Translations under genes and position numbers: made by a program
In this document: positions 30,601 through 40,768 of the stretch, piece by piece
Layout: each line of letters begins with the position of its first letter
How positions within the stretch are numbered: position 1 is the first letter of the stretch
Source of the DNA: Pseudomonadota bacterium
GTDB lineage: Bacteria > Pseudomonadota > Gammaproteobacteria > Pseudomonadales > UBA7434
DNA length: 64,000 nucleotides
Direction of reading: 5' to 3'
Assembly (NCBI GenBank): GCA_036344075.1
Contig: JAYYUJ010000024.1
Span: 99,614-163,613 of the forward strand
Notes under the pieces: model-generated
The model's input: only the letters and a program-made list of their open reading frames with translations
Databases searched by the model: none
Told to the model about the DNA's origin: nothing

Positions 30601-32316
30601 CTATTTAATTCGGCTGAGTATCTGATCTAAGGCTGAGGTTAAATCAATATCTTCATTTTCTGAGGTGGTTCTAGCGCGATATTCCAGTACATTGTTTTCG
30701 ATTCCCTTATCGCCAATCACAACGCGATGTGGAATTCCAATTAATTCCATGTCGGCAAATTTAACGCCGGGGCGCTCATTACGGTCATCCATAAGGACAT
30801 CAATATTATGGCTCATTAATTGCTCGTAGAGCTGTTCGGTTAGCGCTTTAACACGTGCTGACTTTTGCATATTAATGGGTATCAGTACCAGTTGAAAAGG
30901 TGCAATAGCGGCTGGCCAGACAATGCCACCCGCATCATGGTTTTGTTCAATGGTGGCGGCCATGACTCGTGAAACACCGATACCGTAACAGCCCATTTCT
31001 AATATTTGCGCCTTACCTTGCTCATTCAACACGGTGGCATTCAGTGCGGTACTGTATTTTTTGCCCAGTTGAAAAATATGGCCGACTTCGATGCCGCGTT
31101 TAATTAACAATGTCCCGTTACCATCAGGGCTTGGGTCGCCCTCAACCACACAGCGAATATCGGCGACTTGGCTTGCGGTTGCGTCACGGTTCCAACTGGC
31201 CCCATGGTAATGTTGACCGTTTTGATTTGCACCGCATACGAAATGACTCATCGCCGCTGCAGAGTGATCAACGATGATAGGTAAATCCAGTTTTACAGGC
31301 CCAATAGAACCGGCTGCGCAGTTAACTTCAGCTTGAATCTCGTCATCGCTCGCCAGTGTTAATGGATTGGCCACTAACGGCAGTTTTTCTGCTTTTAATT
31401 CATTTAATTGATGGTCGCCGCGAACAACTAAGGCCACTAAGGATTTAGGACTATTCTGATCGGCATGGACTAAGAGTGTTTTAATGATCTGCTTGGGCTC
31501 AATCTGTAGTTGTTCAGCAACCTCAGTAATCGTTTGACTCTTAGGTGTATCGATAAGCGTTAACACTTGGTTTTCAGTCGTGGCCTCAGCGATAGGCGCT
31601 ATTGCCTCAGCTAATTCGACATTAGCGGCATAGTCACTTTTGTCACTGAAGGCAATGCTGTCTTCGCCTGACTCTGCCAGCACGTGAAATTCATGGCTGG
31701 CGTTACCGCCGATCGAGCCTGTGTCCGCTAAAACAGCGCGAAAATTTAAACCAATAGCGCTAAAAATCGAGGAATACGTGTCGTACATGTGTTGATAAGT
31801 TTGCGCTAGGCAAGCTTGGTCAACATGAAAAGAGTAAGCGTCCTTCATAATAAATTCACGGGCTCGCATGACGCCAAAACGGGGCCGAATTTCATCGCGA
31901 AATTTTGTTTGAATTTGGTAAATGTTAGTCGGTAATTGTTTATAACTTTGTAATTCATTGCGGACTAAGTCGGTAATGACTTCTTCATGGGTGGGGCCAA
32001 GACAAAATTCACGTTGATGTCGGTCATGAATTCGCAACAATTCGGCGCCGTATTGGTCCCATCGCTCAGACTCCTGCCATAACTCCGCGGGTTGAACCAC
32101 AGGCATCAGCACTTCTTGTGCGCCGGCACGGTCCATTTCTTGACGAACAATGGCTTCTATTTTTCGCAGTACTTTCAGCCCTAGCGGTAGCCATGTATAA
32201 AGACCAGAGGTTAATTTACGAATCATCCCTGCTCGAAGCATTAATTGATGGCTAATCACCTCGGCATCGGCGGGTGTTTCTTTTAAAGTTGATAATAAAA
32301 TCTGGCTGGAACGCAT
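30601..32316 (-). CDS. proS: Prolyl-tRNA synthetase (bacterial type with INS editing domain)
   Basis: [44 protein letters not shown], and class II motifs. Confidence 0.95.
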   Translation of the reverse strand: MRSSQILLSTLKETPADAEVISHQLMLRAGMIRKLTSGLYTWLPLGLKVLRKIEAIVRQEMDRAGAQEVLMPVVQPAELWQESERWDQYGAELLRIHDRHQREFCLGPTHEEVITDLVRNELQSYKQLPTNIYQIQTKFRDEIRPRFGVMRAREFIMKDAYSFHVDQACLAQTYQHMYDTYSSIFSAIGLNFRAVLADTGSIGGNASHEFHVLAESGEDSIAFSDKSDYAANVELAEAIAPIAEATTENQVLTLIDTPKSQTITEVAEQLQIEPKQIIKTLLVHADQNSPKSLVALVVRGDHQLNELKAEKLPLVANPLTLASDDEIQAEVNCAAGSIGPVKLDLPIIVDHSAAAMSHFVCGANQNGQHYHGASWNRDATASQVADIRCVVEGDPSPDGNGTLLIKRGIEVGHIFQLGKKYSTALNATVLNEQGKAQILEMGCYGIGVSRVMAATIEQNHDAGGIVWPAAIAPFQLVLIPINMQKSARVKALTEQLYEQLMSHNIDVLMDDRNERPGVKFADMELIGIPHRVVIGDKGIENNVLEYRARTTSENEDIDLTSALDQILSRIK

Positions 32317-32371
32317 AGTATTTTTCGCTTGAGGCTGGCTTCCTATAAAAAGCCTAATTGTTAGGGGGTTT

Positions 32372-32410
32372 AAAAAAACAAAAACCGGGGCTGGAAGACC
32401 AAACCCCGGT
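32372..32410 (-). terminator. Rho-independent terminator downstream of the HU-like gene
   Basis: On the minus strand: ACCGGGG-13 nt loop-CCCCGGT followed by TTTTGTTTTTTT. Confidence 0.8.
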
Positions 32411-32475
32411 GTCTGGCTAGTGCTTTGATAGTATCATCGCTCTGGCCTAACAAGCGTCAAAGATGCTGTAGCGAC

Positions 32476-32877
32476 TTACACTGCCATTTCTTTGAGCTTT
32501 TTCAATGGGCGAACTTTTACTGAGATGCTGGCTGGCTTAGCCGCAACATCCATGAAAGTGCCTGGATTGAAAGGATTGGGTACATTTTTACGTGCTGGAC
32601 GCTTAGGCTTTTTCACAGTTGTAATTTTAAGCATGCCAGGCAAAACGAACTCACCGCAGGCTCGTTTTTTAATGTGACGCTCGATTAATGAAGATAGCTC
32701 ATCAATAACGGCGCCCACGTCTTTACGACTAAGGTCCGTTGACTCTGCAATTTCAGTTAAAATTTGGGTTTTGCTATAGCGTGAAGTAATAGCTTTGCCA
32801 GAAGTTTTCGCTGGTGTTTTCTTTGGCGCGGCCTTTTTAGCCGTACGTTTTTTAGCAGCAGTTTTTTTAGCAGCCAT
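32476..32877 (-). CDS. HU/IHF-fold DNA-binding protein with an N-terminal histone-H1-like Lys/Ala/Pro tail
   Basis: The N-terminus MAAKKTAAKKRTAKKAAPKKTPAKTSGKA is followed by an HU-like core (KTQILTEIAESTDLSRKDVGAVIDEL...FVLPGMLKITTVKK..RPARKNVPNPFNPGT...VKVRPLKKLK). Confidence 0.7.
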   Translation of the reverse strand: MAAKKTAAKKRTAKKAAPKKTPAKTSGKAITSRYSKTQILTEIAESTDLSRKDVGAVIDELSSLIERHIKKRACGEFVLPGMLKITTVKKPKRPARKNVPNPFNPGTFMDVAAKPASISVKVRPLKKLKEMAV

Positions 32878-33347
32878 GTTATGTCCTCAGTTATCAATAA
32901 AAGCTTACTCAAATATCCAGCTTATGCTGGGTGAATTGTTTCTTGCTCTGATTCAAGATTGAATAATAATGCCTATCTTCACAGGATTTATTGCTCTAAA
33001 AAACATCGTTGAATAAAAGTATTAAAACAATGGATATATATATAACCAAAACTGTAAACGCTGGCAAATAAAAAATGCTGCATTTTTAGGGTTTTTTTCG
33101 CATTTTATTCAATTTATAAAAAGGGTATTACCCTTCAAAAGAAGATTCTTTTGCTTGGACAAAAACGCGCAATTCAGTTTTATGAGCTAAAAAATCTTAT
33201 TCTCTAGCTTGCCAGCCTAGATTTTAAGGTTATCCGTTCCTCCCAAGAGGTGTGATATTGTTTAAAAAGAACTTCCTGTGCGAGTAGGCGCTAACCCATT
33301 AAGCAAATTAAATCAGCTTTTTTGCTGTAGCATTGCTGTTTTCTTGG

Positions 33348-33377
33348 TTTAAAACCGCCTCAAATATAGAGTATAAT
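33348..33377 (+). promoter_or_regulatory. Candidate sigma70 promoter for the zinc-ribbon gene / aspS
   Basis: TTTAAA-18 nt-TATAAT (perfect -10 at 33372-33377) about 125 nt upstream of the ATG at 33502. The -35 is weak. Confidence 0.3.
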
Positions 33378-33501
33378 GCCGCGCTTTAATCATTCGGCGA
33401 TAGTTTTGCTTGAGTGCGCTGACCAAACATTTGCTTAAAATGCCGATAGCTTTAATGATGATTAAAGCTGGTTTTTGTTTGATTTGGAGTTTTTACCGGT
33501 T

Positions 33502-33810
33502 ATGCCTATTTATGAATATGAATGCGAAGCTTGCGGCCATCAATTCGAGGCATTGCAAAAAATGTCTGCGGCCCCTTTGCTTCGATGTCCTGTTTGCGAT
33601 AAGGACAGTTTGAAAAAGTTAATTTCAGCGGCGGCGTTCAAATTAAAAGGGAGCGGCTGGTACGAGACTGATTTTAAAAATAAAGGGGGTGCTGCAGCGC
33701 CATCGACACAAACGGGATCGAATAAAGGGGATGCTGCAGCGCCATCGACACAAACGGCATCCAATACAGCTGCGGCACCTAGCGGAGCGAGTAGCCAAAG
33801 TACCGAATAA
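33502..33810 (+). CDS. FmdB-family zinc-ribbon protein with a low-complexity repeat tail
   Basis: MPIYEYECEACGHQFEALQ...RCPVCDKDSLKKLISAAAFKLKGSGWY gives CxxC...CxxC. I prefer the ATG at 33502; the track ORF starts at 33475. Confidence 0.8.
   Translation: MPIYEYECEACGHQFEALQKMSAAPLLRCPVCDKDSLKKLISAAAFKLKGSGWYETDFKNKGGAAAPSTQTGSNKGDAAAPSTQTASNTAAAPSGASSQSTE
33679..33762 (+). repeat. Two tandem copies of a 42-bp (14-codon) unit inside the zinc-ribbon gene tail
   Basis: AATAAAGGGG-NN-GCTGCAGCGCCATCGACACAAACGG occurs at 33679-33715 and again at 33721-33757, encoding NKGGAAAPSTQTGS / NKGDAAAPSTQTAS. Confidence 0.85.
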
Positions 33811-33946
33811 ATAGATTGATAAATACGCTACTGAGTAGTGGCCGTTGATTGTTTGTCAAATGAGATAATACTGTAGCGAGCTGCTTGAGTATAACGCCGG
33901 CAGTCAGCTTTTACAGCGAAATACAGTTAATGATATCGAGGTTGTT

Positions 33947-35764
33947 TTGACTGATTCAAAAAACAACGCTGGCATTGGTCAGCAAAGAAGCCATTATTGT
34001 GGTCAAGTCGCATTGCCAGAGGTTGATAGTGAAGTCTCTCTGTTCGGTTGGGTTGATCGACGGCGAGACCATGGTGGTGTCATATTTATTGATTTACGTG
34101 ATCGCGAAGGCATTGTGCAGGTGGTATTTGATCCTGATGCAGGTGAGCACTTTGTTTTAGCCGATAAGGTCCGCAGTGAATATGTATTGCATGTTCAAGG
34201 CGTTGTTCGCGCACGTTCGGCTGAAACTATTAACGGTGACATGGCAACCGGTCAAATTGAGGTCTACGCTCGAACGCTAGATATCTTAAATCAGGCTGAA
34301 ACACCACCATTTCAGCTCGATAAGTTCACTGATGTTGGCGAGGATGTTCGACTAAAGTACCGTTACTTGGATTTACGCCGCAATGATATGCAGCAAAAAC
34401 TCCGTCTTCGTTCGCAAGTGTCGGCTAATATTCGCCGTTTTTTGGACGAAAATGGCTTTCTTGATATAGAAACTCCTATCTTAACGCGTGCTACGCCAGA
34501 GGGTGCTCGCGATTATTTAGTGCCGAGCCGAACCCACGAGGGCAAATTTTTTGCCCTGCCTCAGTCGCCACAACTATTTAAACAGTTATTAATGGTGTCG
34601 GGATTCGATCGTTATTATCAAATTGCGAAATGTTTTCGCGATGAAGATTTGCGTGCTGACCGTCAACCTGAGTTCACCCAAATAGATATTGAAACTACCT
34701 TTATGTCTGAGTCAGAAATTATGGCCATGACCGAGCAGTTAGTAACTAAGCTGTTTGCCGAGGTACTAGGCGTTACGTTTGAATCATTTCCCACCATGCC
34801 TTATGCCGAGGCGATGCGGGTTTATGGAAGTGACAAGCCCGATCTCCGTATCCCGTTAAAATTGGTTGATGTTAATGACTTGATGGCCAGTGTTGAATTT
34901 AAGGTCTTTAATGGGCCTGCTAATGATCCCGATGGGCGAGTAGCTGCATTAAAAGTGCCTGGCGGTGGCGCGATTAGTCGAAAAGACATTGATGGTTACA
35001 CCAAGTTTGTCAGTATCTATGGTGCGAAAGGTTTGGCCTGGGTCAAAGTTAATAATCGTTCAGCCGGTCTGGAGGGTTTGCAGTCGCCTATCTTGAAATT
35101 TATGCCAGATCATACGGTTATGACATTAATGGATCGGCTCGAAGCAGCTGATGGCGATATTATTTTCTTTGGCGCCGATAAAACCACCATTGTCAATGAA
35201 GCGCTGGGTGCTTTGCGATGTAAATTGGGCGAGGACTTAAATCTTTATACCTGTGAATGGGCGCCACTTTGGGTTGTTGATTTCCCAATGTTCGAAAAGA
35301 ATGACAAGGGCCAATGGACGGCATTGCATCATCCTTTTACAGCCCCTTCGTGCAGTCCTGAGGCACTCGAAGAAGATCCTGGTTCGGCCTTATCTCAGGC
35401 CTTTGATATGGTCTTAAATGGCACTGAATTGGGTGGCGGTTCGATTCGTATTCACCGAGCTGACATGCAGTCAGCAGTATTCCGCCTACTCTCGATCACT
35501 GCTGAAGAGGCACAAGAGAAATTTGGTTTCTTACTCGATGCGTTGAAATATGGTGCGCCGCCGCACGGTGGTTTGGCCTTTGGACTTGATCGCTTGGTGA
35601 TGCTAATGAGTGGGGCAAGCTCTATTCGCGATGTCATTGCCTTTCCAAAGACACAATCCGCGGCTTGTGTTATGACTGAAGCACCTGGTGCTGTCGATAA
35701 CCAGCAGTTACGCGAATTAAACATTAAATTGCGTCAAATAGAAGTGCCGCTCCAGTCTGATTAG
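33947..35764 (+). CDS. aspS: Aspartyl-tRNA synthetase
   Basis: HYCGQV...[46 protein letters not shown], and GGLAFGLDR. The TTG start gives a 14-aa N-terminal extension over E. coli AspS, so the start is uncertain. Confidence 0.93.
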   Translation: MTDSKNNAGIGQQRSHYCGQVALPEVDSEVSLFGWVDRRRDHGGVIFIDLRDREGIVQVVFDPDAGEHFVLADKVRSEYVLHVQGVVRARSAETINGDMATGQIEVYARTLDILNQAETPPFQLDKFTDVGEDVRLKYRYLDLRRNDMQQKLRLRSQVSANIRRFLDENGFLDIETPILTRATPEGARDYLVPSRTHEGKFFALPQSPQLFKQLLMVSGFDRYYQIAKCFRDEDLRADRQPEFTQIDIETTFMSESEIMAMTEQLVTKLFAEVLGVTFESFPTMPYAEAMRVYGSDKPDLRIPLKLVDVNDLMASVEFKVFNGPANDPDGRVAALKVPGGGAISRKDIDGYTKFVSIYGAKGLAWVKVNNRSAGLEGLQSPILKFMPDHTVMTLMDRLEAADGDIIFFGADKTTIVNEALGALRCKLGEDLNLYTCEWAPLWVVDFPMFEKNDKGQWTALHHPFTAPSCSPEALEEDPGSALSQAFDMVLNGTELGGGSIRIHRADMQSAVFRLLSITAEEAQEKFGFLLDALKYGAPPHGGLAFGLDRLVMLMSGASSIRDVIAFPKTQSAACVMTEAPGAVDNQQLRELNIKLRQIEVPLQSD

Positions 35765-36234
35765 CTGCCAAGACCTGTTGCGGCATTCTATCAATCGCTG
35801 AATAAGTCCTGCTGATTTTAATTTTAGCTGTGAACTGAGACTCACTTTTGCGCTTGCACTGTGATTAGCATAGCTTTTCTCCATCAGGCTTATTTTTTCA
35901 AACCAGCGTTTTTGGTCAGTTCAGCGTATTCTGGTGGTGCTGGCTATCGATGAGCATATATTTTTTAAAAAGGTGTTTAAGATAGCTCAATTTAACTTCA
36001 GTATGAGTCTGATTTCTGTTTCGCTATGGCATCAGGGGGCAGATCTACTCTCTTCAATGAACGCTGATATGTTAGCGGTCATCTCTTTTTTCTTTTATAA
36101 CGACTAATCATCAGATCTTCAGTACAAATCCCTGCCAGCGGGGTATAATCTTATGGAATTGTGCGGTAGGCCGATCACTCGATAAACTATCGCGCGGGTT
36201 AGATTGTTTATATTATGACGATGAGTGACCACTT

Positions 36235-36720
36235 TTGAGCATCATTTTAGGTGTCGACCCAGGATCACGGATTACTGGTTACGGCCTTATTCAAGTTGAA
36301 AAAACCCAAGTAAGTTATGTGGCCAGTGGTTGTATTCGCATGCCTACTGATGATTTGCCTGTGCGATTATTGACGATCTATCAAAATATCGGCGAGCTGA
36401 TTCGGCAGTATGAGCCTCGTCAAGCGGCTATCGAACAGGTCTTCGTTGGAAAAAGTGTCAGTTCGGCTTTGAAGCTCGGTCATGCGCGGGGCGCGGCTAT
36501 TCTCGCTATTGCTGAGGCAGGCTTGCCTTTGGGAGAGTACGCTCCAAGGACGATAAAGCAGGCAGTTGCTGGAACCGGTGCCGCTGACAAAGAGCAGGTA
36601 CAGGCAATGGTGGTTCGTTTATTAGGCTTGAATCGAAGGCCATCGGCCGATGCGGCCGATGCTTTAGCAGTAGCACTTTGCCACAGTTACAGTGATAATC
36701 CCTATGGAGCGTTGCGTTAA
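36235..36720 (+). CDS. ruvC: Holliday junction resolvase RuvC
   Basis: (M)SIILGVDPGSRITGYG, EQVFVGKS, ADAADALAVALCH; TTG start. Confidence 0.9.
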   Translation: MSIILGVDPGSRITGYGLIQVEKTQVSYVASGCIRMPTDDLPVRLLTIYQNIGELIRQYEPRQAAIEQVFVGKSVSSALKLGHARGAAILAIAEAGLPLGEYAPRTIKQAVAGTGAADKEQVQAMVVRLLGLNRRPSADAADALAVALCHSYSDNPYGALR

Positions 36721-36771
36721 ACGATTCAGAACCCCAAAAAATTAATGGCAGTGAGAGTCAATCATATAACC

Positions 36772-37386
36772 ATGATCAGTTATTTAGTTGGACAGTTAGT
36801 CGAAAAATCCACCCCGTGGCTGGTGATTGAGGTCAATGGCGTCGGTTATGATGTACAGGCATCGTTAAACACTTTTACTGACTTGCCGGCGTTGGGTGCA
36901 GAAATTAAACTGCTAACACATTTTGTTGTACGTGAAGATGCTCAACTTTTGTACGGTTTTGCTGACCAGTCTGAACGACAATTATTTCGTACTTTGATCA
37001 AAATTAATGGTGTGGGTCCTAAATTGGCGTTGGCTATTTTATCGGGCATGGATGCAGCGGCTTTTAGTCACTGTATTATCGCCTCTGATGTTGCCTCATT
37101 GACGCGCCTGCCAGGCGTCGGTAAAAAGACGGCTGAACGTCTAATTGTTGAAATGAAAGACCGCTTAAAGGAATGGCACGTAGATTTACCCGCCGAACAG
37201 ATCGGCGGTGTGGGCAGTACATCTACATCACAGTCTTTGATTTTAGCTGAGGCAGAAACGGCTCTTATTGCTTTAGGCTATAAACCGGTCGAGGCGAGTA
37301 AGTCTCTAGCCAAGCTTGATTTTAGTGAAATTGACAGCAGTGAAGCAGCCATTCGAGCAGCTTTAAAAACTATGTTAAAGCGTTAG
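36772..37386 (+). CDS. ruvA: Holliday junction branch-migration complex subunit RuvA
   Basis: MISYLVGQLVEKS...THFVVREDAQLLYGF...INGVGPKLALAILSG...LPGVGKKTAERLIVEMKDR. The start is chosen by alignment with E. coli RuvA; the track ORF starts at 36745. Confidence 0.92.
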   Translation: MISYLVGQLVEKSTPWLVIEVNGVGYDVQASLNTFTDLPALGAEIKLLTHFVVREDAQLLYGFADQSERQLFRTLIKINGVGPKLALAILSGMDAAAFSHCIIASDVASLTRLPGVGKKTAERLIVEMKDRLKEWHVDLPAEQIGGVGSTSTSQSLILAEAETALIALGYKPVEASKSLAKLDFSEIDSSEAAIRAALKTMLKR

Positions 37387-37399
37387 TTTAGGATAAATC

Positions 37400-38413
37400 A
37401 TGATAGAAGCTGATCGATTAGTTACCGGTGATGCGGCGACAGAGGAACAACAACATGACCGCGCGCTACGGCCCAAGTTGCTAGCTGATTATATTGGTCA
37501 GCAAGTGGTTCGATCTCAAATGGAGATTTTTATTGCCGCCGCCCGAAACAGGCAAGAGGCTTTAGATCACAGTTTGATTTTTGGTCCACCTGGCCTTGGA
37601 AAAACGACATTGGCGCACATTATTGCCAATGAATTAGGCGTAACCCTGCATTCAACTTCAGGCCCAGTGTTAGAGCGGCCGGGTGATTTAGCCGCCATGC
37701 TGACTAACTTAACGAAAGATGATGTGTTGTTTATCGATGAGATACATCGTTTGAGTCCAGTTGTAGAAGAAGTCTTGTATCCGGCTATGGAAGATTACCA
37801 ATTGGATATTATGATTGGTGAGGGGCCTTCCGCAAGGTCGATAAAATTGGATTTGCCTCCGTTTACTTTGATAGGAGCAACAACCCGAGCGGGTTCATTA
37901 ACTTCGCCGCTTCGTGATCGATTTGGTATTGTTCAACGACTTGAGTTTTATAGTTTGGATGATTTGAGCCAAATTATTATGCGAGCTGCTGACTTATTGG
38001 CCGTGACAATCGAAGGCGCTGGAGCCGCTGAAATTGCTAGTCGTTCACGCGGTACGCCACGTATTGCCAATCGCTTACTGCGTCGGGTTAGGGATTTCGC
38101 CGACGTCAAATATGACGGCCTTGTGACCCAGCAAGTAGCCGAACAGGCACTCGATATTTTAAATATTGACCCTCTAGGTTTCGATCATATGGACCGACGG
38201 TTGATGCTATGTATTATCGAGAATTTTGATGGTGGTCCGGTGGGCGTTGATAACTTAGCGGCAGCGATTAGCGAAGAGCGTGGCACCATAGAGGATGTAT
38301 TAGAGCCTTTTTTGATTCAGCAGGGCTTCATTCAGCGAACCCTACGAGGCCGTATTGCGACCCGTCATGCCTATGAGCATTTTAAAATAACACCGCCGCA
38401 GCGCGAACAATAG
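37400..38413 (+). CDS. ruvB: Holliday junction DNA helicase RuvB
   Basis: [47 protein letters not shown]. Confidence 0.95.
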   Translation: MIEADRLVTGDAATEEQQHDRALRPKLLADYIGQQVVRSQMEIFIAAARNRQEALDHSLIFGPPGLGKTTLAHIIANELGVTLHSTSGPVLERPGDLAAMLTNLTKDDVLFIDEIHRLSPVVEEVLYPAMEDYQLDIMIGEGPSARSIKLDLPPFTLIGATTRAGSLTSPLRDRFGIVQRLEFYSLDDLSQIIMRAADLLAVTIEGAGAAEIASRSRGTPRIANRLLRRVRDFADVKYDGLVTQQVAEQALDILNIDPLGFDHMDRRLMLCIIENFDGGPVGVDNLAAAISEERGTIEDVLEPFLIQQGFIQRTLRGRIATRHAYEHFKITPPQREQ

Positions 38414-38414
38414 T

Positions 38415-38846
38415 GTGGAATTGATGTCAAACAATCAGCCCTCAGCCTTATCATCAACAACTATTGATGTGCGTGTTTATATAGAGGATACCGATGCTGG
38501 CGGCATTGTTTTTTATGTTAATTATTTAAAGTATATGGAGCGGGCGCGAACCGAGTTTATGCGTCAGTTAGGTTTTGGTAAGGCGGCTATATTCGCCGAT
38601 CAGTTAATGTTTGTTGTGCACTCCTTAACGATCAATTATCGAGCGCCAGCGGTATTAGATGATTACTTATCAATTTCAGCTGTGGTCAAAAAAAGTAGCA
38701 AGGTGGCGGTGATATTTGAACAGCAAGTCTATCGTGATAACCAATTGCTGTGCGAAGCTGAAGTAAAAGTAGCTTGTGTCGATCGCGACACTCAGCAGCC
38801 GGCAGTAATGCCACAGTCACTTATTAAGCAGATAATGCCCCATTAA
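38415..38846 (+). CDS. ybgC: Tol-Pal-associated acyl-CoA thioesterase YbgC (4HBT hot-dog fold)
   Basis: VRVYIEDTDAGGIVFYVNYLKYMERARTEFMRQLG; position between ruvB and tolQ. The start is GTG 38415 or ATG 38424. Confidence 0.85.
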   Translation: MELMSNNQPSALSSTTIDVRVYIEDTDAGGIVFYVNYLKYMERARTEFMRQLGFGKAAIFADQLMFVVHSLTINYRAPAVLDDYLSISAVVKKSSKVAVIFEQQVYRDNQLLCEAEVKVACVDRDTQQPAVMPQSLIKQIMPH

Positions 38847-38879
38847 AAATCAAGTATAAGTAATAGTAGGAGTTGTTTT

Positions 38880-39587
38880 GTGGCTGAGCCATTATCCCTT
38901 TGGAGTCTTATATCACAAGCCAGTGTGCTTGTTCAGTTAGTCATGTTGGGCTTAGTGCTGGCCTCTATTTCCTCATGGGTGATGATTTTTCAACGGTTGG
39001 CGGTTTTTAGACAAGCTGAGGCCGAACTGCTTGCTTTTGAAGAGGAGTTTTGGTCTGGTGTTGATTTAGGCCAATTGTATCGATCGGGCACTATGCGTGC
39101 CGAGTCGGAAGAAATTGGCGGTGTTGAGGCAATTTTTCGCGCTGGGTTTAAAGAGTTTTCTCGCTTGAGACAGCAGGAAAATATTGATTCAGAGGTTATT
39201 TTGAGTGGCGCAGAGCGTGCTATGCGCGTGTCGTTAGCGCGAGAAGAAGAATACTTAGAAAAGCATTTACCCTTTTTAGCGAACGTGGGTTCGGCCAGTC
39301 CCTATGTTGGCTTGTTTGGCACGGTTTGGGGTGTTATGGGCTCTTTTCGCGGTTTAGCAAATGCACATCAAGCCACATTAGCGGCCGTAGCGCCAGGTAT
39401 TTCTGAGGCATTAATCGCAACCGCAATGGGTTTATTTGCCGCAATACCGGCAGTGATTGCTTACAATCGTTTCGCCGCCAGAGTGGATATGCTTATCAGT
39501 CGTTATGAAACCTTTTCTGATGAATTTTCGAGTATTTTGCATCGTCAAGTGCATACCGTTATGGCGCAAAAACACATAACTGAATAG
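38880..39587 (+). CDS. tolQ: Tol-Pal system protein TolQ
   Basis: MotA/TolQ/ExbB motifs (ASPYVGLFGTVWGVM, GISEALIATAMGLFAAIPAVIAYN); GTG start preceded by TAGGAG. Confidence 0.92.
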   Translation: MAEPLSLWSLISQASVLVQLVMLGLVLASISSWVMIFQRLAVFRQAEAELLAFEEEFWSGVDLGQLYRSGTMRAESEEIGGVEAIFRAGFKEFSRLRQQENIDSEVILSGAERAMRVSLAREEEYLEKHLPFLANVGSASPYVGLFGTVWGVMGSFRGLANAHQATLAAVAPGISEALIATAMGLFAAIPAVIAYNRFAARVDMLISRYETFSDEFSSILHRQVHTVMAQKHITE

Positions 39588-39599
39588 GGCGATTACTTT

Positions 39600-40019
39600 A
39601 TGGGTCGAAGAAAAAATAAGCGCAAGATAATAGCTGAGATTAATGCCGTCCCCTACATCGATGTTACCTTAGTGCTATTAATTGTGTTTATGGTTACAGC
39701 GCCATTATTAATGCAAGGTGTTGATGTTGATCTCCCACAGGCACCATCTGCCCCTCTTGATGACACGCCTAATGAGCCGTTAATTGTTTCGATAAAAGCC
39801 GATGGCACTTTATATCTTAATTTAGGTGCTGCGCCTGATAAGTCTATTCCTGTTGACTTACTTGAGCAACGAGTTACGAAGGTGATCAAGCAGTCACCCG
39901 CAACCCCAGTCTTGATTTGGGGGGATAAAAATATTCCATATGGCGAGGTGGTGGGGTTAATGACTCTTCTTCAGTCGGCGGGGGCAAGTTCAGTTGGCCT
40001 TGTCACAGAGACGCCTTAA
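39600..40019 (+). CDS. tolR: Tol-Pal system protein TolR
   Basis: INAVPYIDVTLVLLIVFMVTAP (ExbD/TolR TM with conserved Asp). Confidence 0.9.
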   Translation: MGRRKNKRKIIAEINAVPYIDVTLVLLIVFMVTAPLLMQGVDVDLPQAPSAPLDDTPNEPLIVSIKADGTLYLNLGAAPDKSIPVDLLEQRVTKVIKQSPATPVLIWGDKNIPYGEVVGLMTLLQSAGASSVGLVTETP

Positions 40020-40063
40020 TGAGCCAATGATGTTGTTGACCAACGGACGATTATGGACCCGCA

Positions 40064-40768
40064 ATGGTTGATTTAAACGCTTATCGATTACCGTTACTGT
40101 TAGCCGTACTCTTGCACTTCGGCGTGGTTGCGCTGTGGACCATAGGTTGGACGCCAGAATCTTCTAAGGTGGCTGTGAGCGCCAAAATCAAAGCCATCGA
40201 TGCGCGTTTAGTGTCCGTGCAAGACTTGCCAAAGCCAAAAGCTCAACTAAAAGCTAAGCCAAAGCCAAAGCCAAAGCCAAAGCCAAAGGCTAAACCCATA
40301 ACTGAACCCTTAAAGCCTCAGTGGCTAGAGTCTGAATCGCTAAAACCTAAACTGTCAGAACCTAAGCCTAATAAGGTCACTCGAACGGCTAAGCAACTTG
40401 CGTCAGAGGAGGCTTTAATGGCATCGATGTCTGCTGAATCAAAGGCTGATATCAACAAAGATCAGCATTCACTGGTCGCTCGATATATTGGCATGATTCA
40501 TCAGCAAATGCAGCAACGCTGGAAATTGCCACCTAGCGCAAGGCGCGACATGGTGTGTGAGGTTAAGATTCGCTTATCGGCCTCAGGCCGTGTAGTTGCT
40601 GTTACTCTTGCATCAAGTAGTGGTAATGATGCCTTTGACCAGTCGAGTTTACTCGCCGTAAAAAAAGCAGGTGATTTTCGTTTTATAAAGAATTTGCCCG
40701 CAGCAATATTTGACGAACATTTTCGTGAGGTTACATTTCGTTTTTCAGCAGAGGATTTACGTTTGTGA
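40064..40768 (+). CDS. tolA: Tol-Pal system protein TolA (short form, 234 aa)
   Basis: N-terminal TM, Lys/Pro-rich linker ([14 protein letters not shown]), and a TonB/TolA-like C-terminal domain. Position between tolR and tolB. Confidence 0.8.
   Translation: MVDLNAYRLPLLLAVLLHFGVVALWTIGWTPESSKVAVSAKIKAIDARLVSVQDLPKPKAQLKAKPKPKPKPKPKAKPITEPLKPQWLESESLKPKLSEPKPNKVTRTAKQLASEEALMASMSAESKADINKDQHSLVARYIGMIHQQMQQRWKLPPSARRDMVCEVKIRLSASGRVVAVTLASSSGNDAFDQSSLLAVKKAGDFRFIKNLPAAIFDEHFREVTFRFSAEDLRL
40256..40285 (+). repeat. Perfect (AAGCCA)x5 hexanucleotide repeat encoding (KP)n in the TolA linker
   Basis: Five uninterrupted AAGCCA units counted directly, with imperfect units (AAAGCTAAG, AAGGCTAAA) on both flanks. 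Confidence 0.9.

Noticed and set aside
33410-33764. ORFs at 33410-33613 (+) and 33540-33764 (-) overlapping the zinc-ribbon gene
   Set aside because: The zinc-ribbon frame (MPIYEYECEACG...) is the only one with a recognisable family signature. The others are alternative-frame or antisense artefacts, and the antisense one simply mirrors the tandem repeat.
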